Source of the DNA: Chloroflexota bacterium
GTDB lineage: Bacteria > Chloroflexota > Anaerolineae > UBA1429
Direction: 5' to 3'
Length of the DNA: 64,000 nt
Assembly: GCA_012719135.1 (NCBI GenBank)
Contig: JAAYAW010000035.1
Span: 3,799 to 67,798 of the forward strand
Below the pieces are notes generated by a model. That model was not told the origin of the DNA. It saw nothing but the letters and a program-made list of their open reading frames with translations, and did not search any database. The first letter of the stretch is position 1; every line of letters starts with the position of its first letter. Of this stretch, positions 36,572 through 46,560 are shown in pieces. A program made the translations under genes and the position numbers.

Positions 36572-38974
36572 TCACGTCAGAGCGTGCACCTGCAATACGG
36601 CAGAAGCGGCGGCCAGAGAACCGGCGGAAGCCGATACGGTGATGGCCCCCGGTTCGCCGGTCGTACGCACGACGCACATCAGGCGGCCTTCGTAGGCATG
36701 CCGTGTGGGCCCCACGTAAGGCTCCTCGGAGAATGGATCCGCCGTTCCCATCGCCACCAGGTCGCCCGGCCCGGACACCTCGATGTAAACGGCATCGTCA
36801 GCCCAGGGAACCCGGCTGCCCTCGGCGTCCACCACCGTGACGGTAACGTAAGATAGGTCCCCATACGCCGGCTCCAGCACATTCCTGTCAGGATGCAGCT
36901 GCAAGGCTGCCGGTGGTCCCGCTGTGCGCAGGAACGCACGGCCTGATTCGGCGCCGTCGCGATAGGCGATCGCCTCCAGCGTACCTGGCTCGTAGATGAC
37001 GTCAAAGCGCGCCACGTTCTCGCCAGCCGCACCAGCTTCCGTCCGGCCCAGCGATCTGCCGTTCAGGATGAGCTCTACCTCATCATCAGCCGAATAGACG
37101 TCCACCCTGGTGGCGCGCCCCTCTTTCCCGGGAAACGTCCAACTCTCGGTAACGGGCTCCCAGCTCCAGGGGCTAGAATGGAGCGGACGCCCATGGTCCA
37201 CAGGATCGAGCACCAGAATGCAGGGCCCCGTTTGCACGCCCCACAGCACATCGCGATAGAAGGAGGGGGCGCGCTTGAATCCGCAGATGTCGATATCCCC
37301 GCAGTTCGCCAGGTGATAGGGGTAGGGAGCCCCAAAGCCGGAGCCGGGTTCGTAGCTCACGCGCCCGATTCCGCTTTCGCCCAGGTAGTCGATCGCCGTC
37401 CAGACAAAGTCGCCAATCACCTGGGGCAGAGCCTCCGTCGCGCGCCAGGTGGCATACGCCATGGCTGGAAAGGTCTCCGTGCCGGCCATCACGCGATCCG
37501 GAAAGCGGCGTGAGTCATGGTCATAGCGCGGGTAGAGATAGTTGTAGCCGACGACATCCAGAGCCCTACAGAAGGGAGCGGTAAGCCTGCCCCATACTTC
37601 GGATTCCTCATCCGCCGGGATGAGCCGCGCAGGATCGAACATGCTCTGGGCATCGGTGACGCTTTCGGGCGCAGTCAGCGCGTCCTGGAACACGGCCTCA
37701 AAGAGAAAGGGCAGCGCACTGGTGACCGGACGGGTGCCGTCGAGGGAGCGCACAAAATCCGCCTGCCTCTGCGCCCAGACATAGCCGTCGGACACGCCGG
37801 CACGTTCGGGGACCTCGTTCCCGATGGACCACATGATCACGGCCGGATGGTTGAGATCACGCCTCACCATCGAGGCCGTATCACGCGCCCACCACTCCTC
37901 AAAGTACAGGTGATAGTCATTTGGGTTCTTGCCTGTACGCCAGCAGTCAAAGGTCTCATCGATCACCAGCATCCCCAGCCGGTCACAGGCATCCAGGAGA
38001 GCCGGTGCGGGGGGATTGTGGGCACAGCGGATGGCGTTGTAGCCCGCGGCGAGCAGCAACTCGACCTTGCGCTCCTCGGCGCGGGCATAGCTGGCAGCGC
38101 CCAGCAGGCCGTTGTCGTGGTGCACGCAGCCCCCTTTGAGTTTGATCGTGCTGCCGTTCAAGCGGAAACCATGGCGAGCGTCCACGCTGATCGTCCGGAT
38201 CCCGAGCGGGATCGTCGCCTCGTCGCACACCCGGCCATCGACGACAAGCTCCGCGTTGAGGCGGTAGAGATAGGGATCGCCGAGGGACCAGGGACGTGGC
38301 CGGGGAACCCGCAACTCCTGCTCGGCCAGGCCTGCGCGCGCATCCACAGGCGCCTCTGTCTGGGCAACCGGCTCACCGTCGGCATCCAGTATGCGGATGC
38401 GCAGGTGCGCCTCCGATCCGGCCAGCCCGGCCGTCTCGGCTGAGACGCGCACCCGAGCGGACTCGGAGGAAAGCTCGGCCGTCGTGGCGTAGAGGCCCCA
38501 GGGTTCGATGTGGGCGCCCTCGCCGACATGCAGGCATACCGGCCTGTAGATCCCTGTTCCGGTGTACCAGCGCGAGTTGGGTTGTGCGCTGTTGTTCACG
38601 AGGACGCTGAGCACGTTATCTTGCCCGTACTTGAGGCCGCCCGCCAGATCGACGAGAAACCCTGTATAGCCGTAGGGGTGGCGGGCCAGCAGGTCACTGT
38701 TCAACGTGACCTCGGCGTTCATATACACGCCCTCGAACTCCAGCTGGACCGACTTGCCTCGCCAGGATTCTAGCACGTGGAACACCTTGCGGTAGGTCAC
38801 CAGGCCGCTCCAAGCATAGCCTCCTCCGCCGCCGGTCGGGTGGGCCGCACTGCGTGGCCGCTCGATGGAGACATCATGCGGCAGGTGAACGGGCGTCCAT
38901 TCCACACCCGGCGGAACCGACATTCCCGCATGAACAGAGTACTCCCAGTCCGCATCAAAGCTCGTCCTTTGCAC
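36572..38974 (-). CDS. Glycoside hydrolase family 2 (beta-galactosidase/beta-mannosidase/beta-glucuronidase-type)
   Basis: N-terminal sugar-binding region (FDADWEYS), TIM barrel with the acid/base motif VIMWSIGNEVPE, and GH2-typical length. The start is reassigned to GTG 38974 (AGAAGGAGA 6 nt upstream), which avoids a 73-nt overlap with the SCP2 gene. Confidence 0.85.
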   Translation of the reverse strand: MQRTSFDADWEYSVHAGMSVPPGVEWTPVHLPHDVSIERPRSAAHPTGGGGGYAWSGLVTYRKVFHVLESWRGKSVQLEFEGVYMNAEVTLNSDLLARHPYGYTGFLVDLAGGLKYGQDNVLSVLVNNSAQPNSRWYTGTGIYRPVCLHVGEGAHIEPWGLYATTAELSSESARVRVSAETAGLAGSEAHLRIRILDADGEPVAQTEAPVDARAGLAEQELRVPRPRPWSLGDPYLYRLNAELVVDGRVCDEATIPLGIRTISVDARHGFRLNGSTIKLKGGCVHHDNGLLGAASYARAEERKVELLLAAGYNAIRCAHNPPAPALLDACDRLGMLVIDETFDCWRTGKNPNDYHLYFEEWWARDTASMVRRDLNHPAVIMWSIGNEVPERAGVSDGYVWAQRQADFVRSLDGTRPVTSALPFLFEAVFQDALTAPESVTDAQSMFDPARLIPADEESEVWGRLTAPFCRALDVVGYNYLYPRYDHDSRRFPDRVMAGTETFPAMAYATWRATEALPQVIGDFVWTAIDYLGESGIGRVSYEPGSGFGAPYPYHLANCGDIDICGFKRAPSFYRDVLWGVQTGPCILVLDPVDHGRPLHSSPWSWEPVTESWTFPGKEGRATRVDVYSADDEVELILNGRSLGRTEAGAAGENVARFDVIYEPGTLEAIAYRDGAESGRAFLRTAGPPAALQLHPDRNVLEPAYGDLSYVTVTVVDAEGSRVPWADDAVYIEVSGPGDLVAMGTADPFSEEPYVGPTRHAYEGRLMCVVRTTGEPGAITVSASAGSLAAASAVLQVHALT

Positions 38975-39039
38975 GCCGACTCTCCTTCTCGGTGAGGCAG
39001 GGCCGGCAGGCTCCTGGCCGCCGGCCCTGAACAGATCGA

Positions 39040-39429
39040 TCAGCCTCCAGTCGCCGCCTTGTAGAGCGGCACCATCTGGTAGATGTAGCCAGCCAGCCCT
39101 TCGGCCATCCACTCATCGCCACGAAGCTTCACCTGCCCGGAAAAGTAGGCCGATTCGCCGCTGAGCTGGCCGCTGAATATGCGATCCAGGACGTCCTGGG
39201 TGAGCGTGACGGTGATGCTGGCGCTGGCCGCTCCTGAGGTGGATCCGAGCACCTCTCCGTTCTTGAAGGATATGACGTACTCGGCATCCGCCAGATCGGA
39301 CACGATCAGGCCCATGGAGACGTTGGCTGTCTTGATCCGATTGCGCACGGCCTCGTTCTCGTTGAGGCCAGCGACGACCTTGTCCAGAACGGCTTTCAGT
39401 TCGTCGCGATCTGCATACCTTGCCATCAT
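39040..39429 (-). CDS. SCP2 (sterol-carrier-protein-2-like) domain protein
   Basis: 129 aa. SCP2 fold pattern (...ISFKNGEV...LDRIFSGQLSGESAYFSGQVKLRGD...). AGGGAGG RBS precedes ATGATG. Confidence 0.65.
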   Translation of the reverse strand: MMARYADRDELKAVLDKVVAGLNENEAVRNRIKTANVSMGLIVSDLADAEYVISFKNGEVLGSTSGAASASITVTLTQDVLDRIFSGQLSGESAYFSGQVKLRGDEWMAEGLAGYIYQMVPLYKAATGG

Positions 39430-39549
39430 GACCTCCCTGTCATCACGAACGCGGATCGTCTCACCGCCGGGATTGTAGGAGAGCGATCGGGTAAGCGCAA
39501 GCGCACCAGGGAGCTTGCGCCACGGGCTGCCTTGGTCGACCCAGAAAGG

Positions 39550-39590
39550 CGGACGGCCATGGCGCGGGCTGTGCGAGGGCGCTATAATGC
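39550..39590 (+). promoter_or_regulatory. Candidate promoter of GH127 operon (perfect TATAAT -10 at 39583-39588)
   Basis: TATAAT lies 17 nt upstream of the GGAGG RBS and ATG 39606. No convincing -35 hexamer. Confidence 0.3.
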
Positions 39591-39605
39591 GCCCGGAGGT
39601 GTGGC

Positions 39606-41549
39606 ATGAATGGCGAGCGAGCCGGGTTGGTTCCGCGGGCTCTTGAACCGCTGCCGCTGGGGGCGCTACGGCCCCGCGGCTGGCTCCTGGACCAGCTGCG
39701 CATTCAGGCTGAGGGGCTTAGCGGTCATCTCGAGTCCTTCTGGCCCGATGTGGCCGAGAGTGGGTGGATCGGGGGCGCTGCGGAAGGCTGGGAGCGCGGC
39801 CCGTACTGGCTCGACGGCACCGTCCCGCTGGCTTTTCTGCTGCAGGACGCCCCTCTCATCGGCCGGGTGCGGCACTGGATGGATGCCATCCTCAGCGCAC
39901 AGAGTGCCGATGGCTGGTTGGGGCCGCGCCAGGACATGGGAACGGGCCGGTACCGCCCCCTGGATCCCTGGCCGGTCTCTGTATTCGTCAAGGGCGCTCT
40001 CCAGTACCACAGCGCGACCGGGGATCCCCGGATCCCTCCGGCGCTTTCCTCTTTTTACCGGCGACTCGCCGACCAACTGGCCTCAACCCCTCTCTTTGAC
40101 TGGGGGCGCATGCGCTGGCCTGAGCTTGTTCTGGGAATGGAGGAGTTGTACGAGCAGACTTCCGAGGCCGACCTGCTGGCGCTGGCCCGGGAGACGTGTC
40201 GTCAGGGCTATGACTGGGATCGCCTCTTCCGGGAGTACCCCTATAGAGGGCGGACAGGGCGCTGCGCGATCGCCATGCCCACCCACGTGGTAAACAACAC
40301 CATGGCGATCAAAGGAGGCGCGCTGCGTTACCGGCTGAGCCATGATCCCGTCCACCTGGCGGGCACGTGGCGGATGATCGACCTTCTGGAGGCGTACCAC
40401 GGGCAGGTGACCGGCGTCTTTACCGGCGATGAGCACCTCGCGGGCCGCGATCCCTCCCAGGGCACAGAGCTGTGCGCGGTCGTTGAGCTGATGTACTCCC
40501 TGGAGGTGCTGGCTTCCGTGCTGGGCGATCCGTCTCTGGTTGACCGGCTTGAGCGGATCGCGTTCAACGCCCTCCCTGCGACGTTTCGGCCGGACATGTG
40601 GGCCCACCAGTACGACCAGCAGGTGAACCAGCCCGTGTGCCAGGTGGTATCGGACCCGATCTATACCAACAACGCGCCGGAAAGCAACATATACGGGCTG
40701 GAGCCCAACTATGGGTGCTGCACGGCGAACATGCACCAGGGATGGCCCAAGTACGCCTCCAGCCTGTGGATGCGCTCGCCCGCGAGCCGTGGGCGTAAGG
40801 AGGGGCTGGCGGCCCTTTCACTGGCCCCCTGTGAGCTGCGGTGCCGCCTCTCCGGCGAGGAGGTCTACATCCGTGTGGATTCCGACTATCCCTTTGGTGA
40901 GGAGGCGCGCATCCTCGTGCAAGCGAGCGTTCCGCTCTCCTTCTGCCTCAGGATACGGATCCCCGACTGGGCGGAGGGCGCAACGGTGCGCATCCAGGGG
41001 CACCGGGAGATGCGGGGTGAGCCTGGCACGTTCTGTGACCTGGATGTGGACGTCGCCGGCTACCTGGAGGTGTCCATCCGGCTGCCGATGCGGCTGCGAG
41101 TGGAGACCAGGTACCATGGTTCCGCCTCTATCCTGTACGGGCCGCTGGTTCTCGCACTGCAGATCCAGGAGGAGTGGCGGCAGATCGGGGGAACGTTGCC
41201 TCACGGGGATTGGGAGGTGCATCCCACCACGCCCTGGAACTATGCCCTGGTGCTCGATCGCCACCGGCCTGAGCGTTGCATTCGGGTGAGTCGCGGTCCG
41301 TTGGGCGCGACGCCGTTTAGCCCGGATGGGGCGCCGGTTCGCGCTCGCGTCATGGGCGCCCGGCTCACCAGTTGGGGCCTTGAGCGCGGCACGGCCGGAT
41401 CGTTGCCGTGGAGCCCCGTTATCATGGAGGCTCCTCTGGAGCCGCTCTGCCTGATCCCCTTTGGGGCCACGAATATCCGGATCGCCGAGTTCCCCACGGT
41501 GCAGGGAGCTGAGAGCCAGGAGACAGCGATCCATGACGCAATGCCGTAG
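39606..41549 (+). CDS. Glycoside hydrolase family 127 (beta-L-arabinofuranosidase, DUF1680) protein, copy 1
   Basis: 647 aa. DUF1680/GH127 N-terminal pattern (RGWLLDQL...GGAAEGWERGPYWLDG) and an (alpha/alpha)6-like mid region (ELMYSLEVLASV...NQPVCQVV). Lacks an obvious signal peptide. Confidence 0.8.
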   Translation: MNGERAGLVPRALEPLPLGALRPRGWLLDQLRIQAEGLSGHLESFWPDVAESGWIGGAAEGWERGPYWLDGTVPLAFLLQDAPLIGRVRHWMDAILSAQSADGWLGPRQDMGTGRYRPLDPWPVSVFVKGALQYHSATGDPRIPPALSSFYRRLADQLASTPLFDWGRMRWPELVLGMEELYEQTSEADLLALARETCRQGYDWDRLFREYPYRGRTGRCAIAMPTHVVNNTMAIKGGALRYRLSHDPVHLAGTWRMIDLLEAYHGQVTGVFTGDEHLAGRDPSQGTELCAVVELMYSLEVLASVLGDPSLVDRLERIAFNALPATFRPDMWAHQYDQQVNQPVCQVVSDPIYTNNAPESNIYGLEPNYGCCTANMHQGWPKYASSLWMRSPASRGRKEGLAALSLAPCELRCRLSGEEVYIRVDSDYPFGEEARILVQASVPLSFCLRIRIPDWAEGATVRIQGHREMRGEPGTFCDLDVDVAGYLEVSIRLPMRLRVETRYHGSASILYGPLVLALQIQEEWRQIGGTLPHGDWEVHPTTPWNYALVLDRHRPERCIRVSRGPLGATPFSPDGAPVRARVMGARLTSWGLERGTAGSLPWSPVIMEAPLEPLCLIPFGATNIRIAEFPTVQGAESQETAIHDAMP

Positions 41550-41567
41550 CCGAGCGAAAGGAGAGCC

Positions 41568-43502
41568 ATGACCGATGCCACAGCAAGGCGCGCCGTTCCA
41601 GTCTCGCAGGTTCACCTCCAAGGGGGCCTGTGGGGTGCACGCCAGGCCGTCAACCGACTGGTGAGCTTGCCCGTCGAGTATGAGCGTTGCAAAGAGACCG
41701 GGCGCTCTGCGGTGTTCGATCTGAACTGGCATGCCGGCATGTCGTACCGGCCCCATCCTTTTTACGATTCCGACGTGGCCAAGTGGATAGAGGCCTCCGC
41801 TTATGCCCTGGCGACGAACCCGGACCAAAGGCTGGAGGCCCGCGTCGACGAGATGATCGAGAGGATCGCCGGGGCGCAGCAACCCGATGGCTATCTGAAC
41901 ACCTACTTTACGATCCTTGCCCGGGATCAGCGTTGGACCAACCTCCGTGACATGCACGAGCTCTATTGTGCCGGGCATCTGATCGAGGCCGCCGTCGCCT
42001 ACTATGAGGCCACGGGCAATACGCGCCTGCTCGACGTCATGCGCCGCTATGCGGACCATATCGCGGCTGCCTTTGGCCCAAGTGAGCGCCAGAAGCACGG
42101 CTACCCGGGACATGAGGAGATCGAACTAGCCCTCGTCCGGCTCTACCATGCCACCGGCGAGTCCCGTTACCTGGATCTGGCGCGCTACTTTGTCGACGAG
42201 CGCGGCCGGCAGCCGCACTATTTTGATGCCGAGGCCCTAGAGCGGGGTGAGGATCCGGGGGCGGCCCATTACGGCCATGATCACCGCTACAACCAATCTC
42301 ACCAGCCGGTACGGCGGCAATCCACGGCGGAGGGTCACGCCGTGCGGGCAATGTACCTCTACAGTGGCATGGCCGCTGTGGCCCTTGAGACCCGGGATGA
42401 GGAGCTGGCGGCAGCCTGCCGGCGCCTCTGGGAGAACACGACTCTGCGCCGCATGTACATCACCGGAGGCATTGGCTCCAGCGCGCGCGGGGAACGCTTT
42501 ACGGTGGACTATGATCTCCCCAACGACCTCGCCTATGCGGAGACGTGCGCCGCGATCGGCCTGGTGCTGTTCGCCCAGCGTATGTTTCTGCTGGAAGGGG
42601 AGGCCCGCTACATCGATGGGCTTGAGCGCGCCCTTTACAACGGGGTGCTGAGCGGCGTGTCGCTCGAAGGGGACTCCTTTTTCTATGCCAATCCCCTGGC
42701 CGTAGATCCTGCGCAGTACGCCGCACGCCCGGACCTGTATCGCGGTGGCGTGGTCGCGCCCCGCAGGCAGTCCTGGTTCGATTGCTCCTGCTGCCCGATG
42801 AACCTGGCACGTCTCCTGGCCTCAGTCGGCGGCTATGCTTATGCCGTGGATCGCGACACGGCCTTTGTCAACCTGTATGCCAACGGCAGCGCCGAGATCC
42901 CGCTGGCGGGCGGGACCGTGAGAATGGTTCAGGAGACGGACTATCCCTGGGAGGGCCGCGTTCGCCTCGCCGTCGAGGCAGCGGATCCCCTGGCGGGCAC
43001 GCTGGCGCTTCGCATTCCCGGATGGTGCCGGCTGTACGAGGTGGCCATCAACGATTCACCGTACGATGGCAGCCGCGCACTGCACCGCGGATACCTCGAG
43101 ATCACGCGAACCTGGTCACCGGGGGACGTGGTGACGCTGGACCTGGCCATGCCGGTGGAGCGCGTGTATGCCAGGCCTGAGGTGCGAGCCAACGCGGGCC
43201 GCGTCGCCCTTCAGCGAGGCCCCATTGTTTACGCTCTGGAGAGTTGCGACAACGGAACCAACCTGGACGCTCTTACTCTGCCCAGGGATGCGACGCTCTC
43301 TGCGCACCGGGACCCGGACCTCCTCGGAGGCGTGGTCGTCGTCGAGGCCGATGGGATGCGCACCATCGCGGATCCGAGCTGGGCGGGCCTCTACCGGCCG
43401 CGGGCGAACGCCAGCCGAGCCGCTCGGCTGATGGCCGTCCCGTACTATGCCTGGGCCAATCGTGAGCCCGGCGAGATGATCGTCTGGATCCGGGAGGGCT
43501 AG
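41568..43502 (+). CDS. Glycoside hydrolase family 127 (beta-L-arabinofuranosidase) protein, copy 2
   Basis: 644 aa. Classic GH127 features: HELYCAGHLIEAAVAYYEATG, YITGGIGSS..GERFT, and the Cys-rich Zn site SWFDCSCCPMNLARL. Sits 18 nt after copy 1, preceded by an AAAGGAGAG RBS. Confidence 0.9.
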   Translation: MTDATARRAVPVSQVHLQGGLWGARQAVNRLVSLPVEYERCKETGRSAVFDLNWHAGMSYRPHPFYDSDVAKWIEASAYALATNPDQRLEARVDEMIERIAGAQQPDGYLNTYFTILARDQRWTNLRDMHELYCAGHLIEAAVAYYEATGNTRLLDVMRRYADHIAAAFGPSERQKHGYPGHEEIELALVRLYHATGESRYLDLARYFVDERGRQPHYFDAEALERGEDPGAAHYGHDHRYNQSHQPVRRQSTAEGHAVRAMYLYSGMAAVALETRDEELAAACRRLWENTTLRRMYITGGIGSSARGERFTVDYDLPNDLAYAETCAAIGLVLFAQRMFLLEGEARYIDGLERALYNGVLSGVSLEGDSFFYANPLAVDPAQYAARPDLYRGGVVAPRRQSWFDCSCCPMNLARLLASVGGYAYAVDRDTAFVNLYANGSAEIPLAGGTVRMVQETDYPWEGRVRLAVEAADPLAGTLALRIPGWCRLYEVAINDSPYDGSRALHRGYLEITRTWSPGDVVTLDLAMPVERVYARPEVRANAGRVALQRGPIVYALESCDNGTNLDALTLPRDATLSAHRDPDLLGGVVVVEADGMRTIADPSWAGLYRPRANASRAARLMAVPYYAWANREPGEMIVWIREG

Positions 43503-43511
43503 GGCAGCGCC

Positions 43512-44360
43512 CTATCCCGGGAGCCTGAGTTGCCCCGAGAAGACGACGACGGCCTGGCCGGTGATGCCCACGCGGCCATCGCGGAGCACCTCCACCGCGA
43601 GATCTCCGCCTCTTGCGGAGACCTGGCGGGCGCGCAGGCTGGTGCGCCCCAGGATCCCGGCCCAGTACGGGCCCAGAACGGTGTGCGACGAGCCGGTTAC
43701 CGGATCCTCGGGAATGCCAAGCGCAGGGGCAAAGAACCGGGATACGAAATCGGCGGGGGAGCGCCCTGCTGCCGTGACGATATAGCCCATCCCCCCCGCG
43801 GGGGCACTGGCCCCTGCCAGTGCCTGCATGTCTGGACTCAGGCGCTGCACGACGCCGGCGTTGTCCACGTGGACGAGCACCATGCCCAGGCGCGGGGAAC
43901 GGAGGCTGGCCACGACGGGCGGCTTGCCCAGCGCCGTCCATACGGCCGGAGGCAGCGTATAGGGAGCCGGAGGATCGGCGGGAAAGTCCAGCTGGATGCC
44001 CTCTGGGCGTCTCCGCGCCGTGAGGACGCCGCTGCGTGTATCGAACTCGACGAGATCGACCTGGACGCCCTGTTCACCAAAGAGCACGGCGGCGGCCGAT
44101 AGCGTTGCGTGGCCGCACAGGGCTACCTCTGTGCGGGGCGTGAACCAGCGCAGTCCGTATCTGAGCGGCGCGCGTCCCTCGCCGGGCGGGACCATCTGGA
44201 CAAAGGCCGTTTCCGACAGGTTCATCTCGACGGCAATCGCCTGCAGGGTGGCGTCCGGCAAGGCGCCCTCCAGCAGACAAACGCCGGCAGGGTTGCCCGT
44301 AAAGGGACGGTCGGTGAAGGCATCAACCTGGTATAAAGCGACCCTCTGCATACGCGTCAT
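43512..44360 (-). CDS. PhzF-family (phenazine-biosynthesis-like) isomerase
   Basis: QVDAFTDRPFTGNPAGVCLL ... LSETAFV ... a second half carrying CGHATL. DapF-like fold signatures. Confidence 0.85.
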   Translation of the reverse strand: MTRMQRVALYQVDAFTDRPFTGNPAGVCLLEGALPDATLQAIAVEMNLSETAFVQMVPPGEGRAPLRYGLRWFTPRTEVALCGHATLSAAAVLFGEQGVQVDLVEFDTRSGVLTARRRPEGIQLDFPADPPAPYTLPPAVWTALGKPPVVASLRSPRLGMVLVHVDNAGVVQRLSPDMQALAGASAPAGGMGYIVTAAGRSPADFVSRFFAPALGIPEDPVTGSSHTVLGPYWAGILGRTSLRARQVSARGGDLAVEVLRDGRVGITGQAVVVFSGQLRLPG

Positions 44361-44645
44361 CTCCCATCGTCTCTCGGTATGTCCCATTCTTGCATGAGGC
44401 CTGCGACTGCGTTCCCCGTAATCCCGACTTGTTCGCTATCGCCGCCCTGTCCGGATGCCACCATCGCATCTTAGTCTACCTGACAGCGCTTCTCTCATAT
44501 GTATCGTCGCCTGGGCAGATTGGTCGTACACCGTATCAGCGCGAACGGCTCCATGGTGTCCGGATCACCTGCGTGGCTTACGGTCGCGATGGAGTACGTC
44601 GCCACTGCCGTTGCATCCGCCTCTGCCACTAGGCAGCCGAATGCC

Positions 44646-45482
44646 TCATGATCTGGCGGGATGACCGCCAGTATCCACGACAGAGTCATTTTCTGCCGCG
44701 CCGCCAAACAGGGCCTGGGCGCACGCCACGCTCCGGGCGATCCAGCGCTCCTCCTGGAGCAGTGTCTCAACCCTCGATGGGGCGGGGTCCATCCAGCACT
44801 CGAGGAAGACGTCCATCTCGCGCTCCAGAGGGCGTATGAGCCGGATCGTGGCGCGGAGATCCAGCGCCCCCTCGCCGAGGGGGCAACCGGTGATGCGGTA
44901 GCCCACGGGCGAGCGCTGCACGACATAATCCTTGAGGTGAAGCTGCGTGGCGCGGCCAGCCAGAGGCGCCATGGTCTCCATCGGGCGCTCCAGCAGCACC
45001 AGATTGTTGGCGGTATCCACGCAAAAGCCAAGGAGCGGATGACCGATGCGCTGCACCAGCGCCTCCAGCTCGGCCGCGGGCATCTCGCCATGGTTCTCAA
45101 TGGCGAGCGGCAGGCGGTGTTCTTCGAGCAGGGGCAGCAGCCAGCGCAGCTCACTCTCTGCACGCCCAGAGTCCGGCTCATCCAGGACCAGACGAAGCGC
45201 GTGGCTGCCATAGAATGCTGCCAGAGCCACATAGGAACGGAGCAGTTGGTGATCCATCCCGCGGGTGCCGACCTCGATGCCCACGCCCAGGTCGCCCGCC
45301 AAGTTGCGCAACGCGGCGTGCTCGGACTCGCCCATCAGATGGAGAGGGAGGTTGTCGGAGAACTGGACGGCGTCCAGCCCGTAGGCGTAGGCCCGCCGCA
45401 GCAGCGTGAACGCGTCCATGGGCTCACCAACGGGCGCCCCGACGGCATAGCGAAAGACAAAGCTGGATAGTCCCAGTCGCAT
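44646..45482 (-). CDS. Sugar phosphate isomerase/epimerase (xylose-isomerase-like TIM barrel) family protein
   Basis: Start at the internal Met (MRLGLSSFVF), with ATG verified at 45480-45482. LAIENHGE metal-binding Glu motif and HLKD motif. A second paralog of this fold in the window. Confidence 0.7.
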   Translation of the reverse strand: MRLGLSSFVFRYAVGAPVGEPMDAFTLLRRAYAYGLDAVQFSDNLPLHLMGESEHAALRNLAGDLGVGIEVGTRGMDHQLLRSYVALAAFYGSHALRLVLDEPDSGRAESELRWLLPLLEEHRLPLAIENHGEMPAAELEALVQRIGHPLLGFCVDTANNLVLLERPMETMAPLAGRATQLHLKDYVVQRSPVGYRITGCPLGEGALDLRATIRLIRPLEREMDVFLECWMDPAPSRVETLLQEERWIARSVACAQALFGGAAENDSVVDTGGHPARS

Positions 45483-45578
45483 CGGTTCGAGCCCTCCAAG
45501 CGGCACACCTGCCGCCGAATACGTGCGGACATCGTAGCGCATGGGAGCAGACGCTGCAAGAGGGCTGGCGACCTCTCA

Positions 45579-46544
45579 TTGACAGAGCCGGGCACGGGGC
45601 ATACCATGCCTGCCATGACAACGGTTGAAGGCCTCTCCAAGCGCGGCACGATCACAGAGATCCAGCGCTACTGTATTCACGACGGCCCGGGGATCCGTAC
45701 GACGGTTTTCCTCAAGGGCTGCAATCTGCGCTGCTTCTGGTGCCATAACCCGGAGACTCTGGCCCGTGAGCCCGAACTCCAGGTGTTTCCGGAGCGGTGC
45801 ATTGATTGCGGTGCCTGCATACTGGCGTGCCCGTGCGGCGCCCTTGAGCGGACCGAGGCGGGCAAAGTGCTCGTCCGGGAGCGGTGCACCGGCTGCGGCC
45901 GCTGCGCGGCCGAGTGCTTTGCCGAGGCTCTCGTGATGGTCGGCCATGAGGTCTCGGCCGGCGAGGTGCTCCTGGAGGTGCTTGCCGACCGTGCGTTTTT
46001 CCAGAGTTCGGGAGGGGGTGTCACCCTGTCGGGGGGTGAGCCTCTGCTCCAGGCGGAGTTCTCGGCGGCGCTGCTCTCGGCCTGCCAGGCGGATGGCATC
46101 CACACCGCCATCGAGACGGCCGGGCACGTCCCGTGGGACCGATTTGCCACGGTATTGCCGGCCGTGGATTTGCTGATGCTCGATCTCAAGGTCATGGACT
46201 GCGAGTTGCATCGCCGCGTCACAGGCGTGAGCAACGCTACGATCCTGGAGAATGCCCAGCGCCTGGGCGCTGGGCCTCTCCCGCTGGTTATCCGCATCCC
46301 AGTGATCCCCGGCGTCAACGACACGGCAGAGGCAATCGGGTCCATTGCGCGGTTTGCCAGTGGCCTACCTGCGCTACAGCACCTCGAACTGCTGCCGTTT
46401 CATCCGATGGCGGCCGGCAAGTACGATAGCCTCGGCCTCACCTATTCTGCGCGGAGCCTGGCCCGTCCAAGTCCGGAACGCATGGCCGCCCTGGCGGACG
46501 TAGTGGCCTCCTTCAGCGTTCCGGTACGCGCCAGCTCCGCCTGA
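45579..46544 (+). CDS. Glycyl-radical enzyme activating protein (radical SAM, PflA/GRE-AE family with ferredoxin-like insert)
   Basis: IQRYCIHDGPGIRTTVFLKGCNLRCFWCHNPE (CxxxCxxC with flanking GRE-AE motifs). Two extra 4Fe-4S cysteine clusters (CIDCGACILACPCGA; CTGCGRCAAEC). The start could be a downstream Met. Confidence 0.85.
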   Translation: MTEPGTGHTMPAMTTVEGLSKRGTITEIQRYCIHDGPGIRTTVFLKGCNLRCFWCHNPETLAREPELQVFPERCIDCGACILACPCGALERTEAGKVLVRERCTGCGRCAAECFAEALVMVGHEVSAGEVLLEVLADRAFFQSSGGGVTLSGGEPLLQAEFSAALLSACQADGIHTAIETAGHVPWDRFATVLPAVDLLMLDLKVMDCELHRRVTGVSNATILENAQRLGAGPLPLVIRIPVIPGVNDTAEAIGSIARFASGLPALQHLELLPFHPMAAGKYDSLGLTYSARSLARPSPERMAALADVVASFSVPVRASSA

Positions 46545-46560
46545 CCGATCCCGACTGCGG

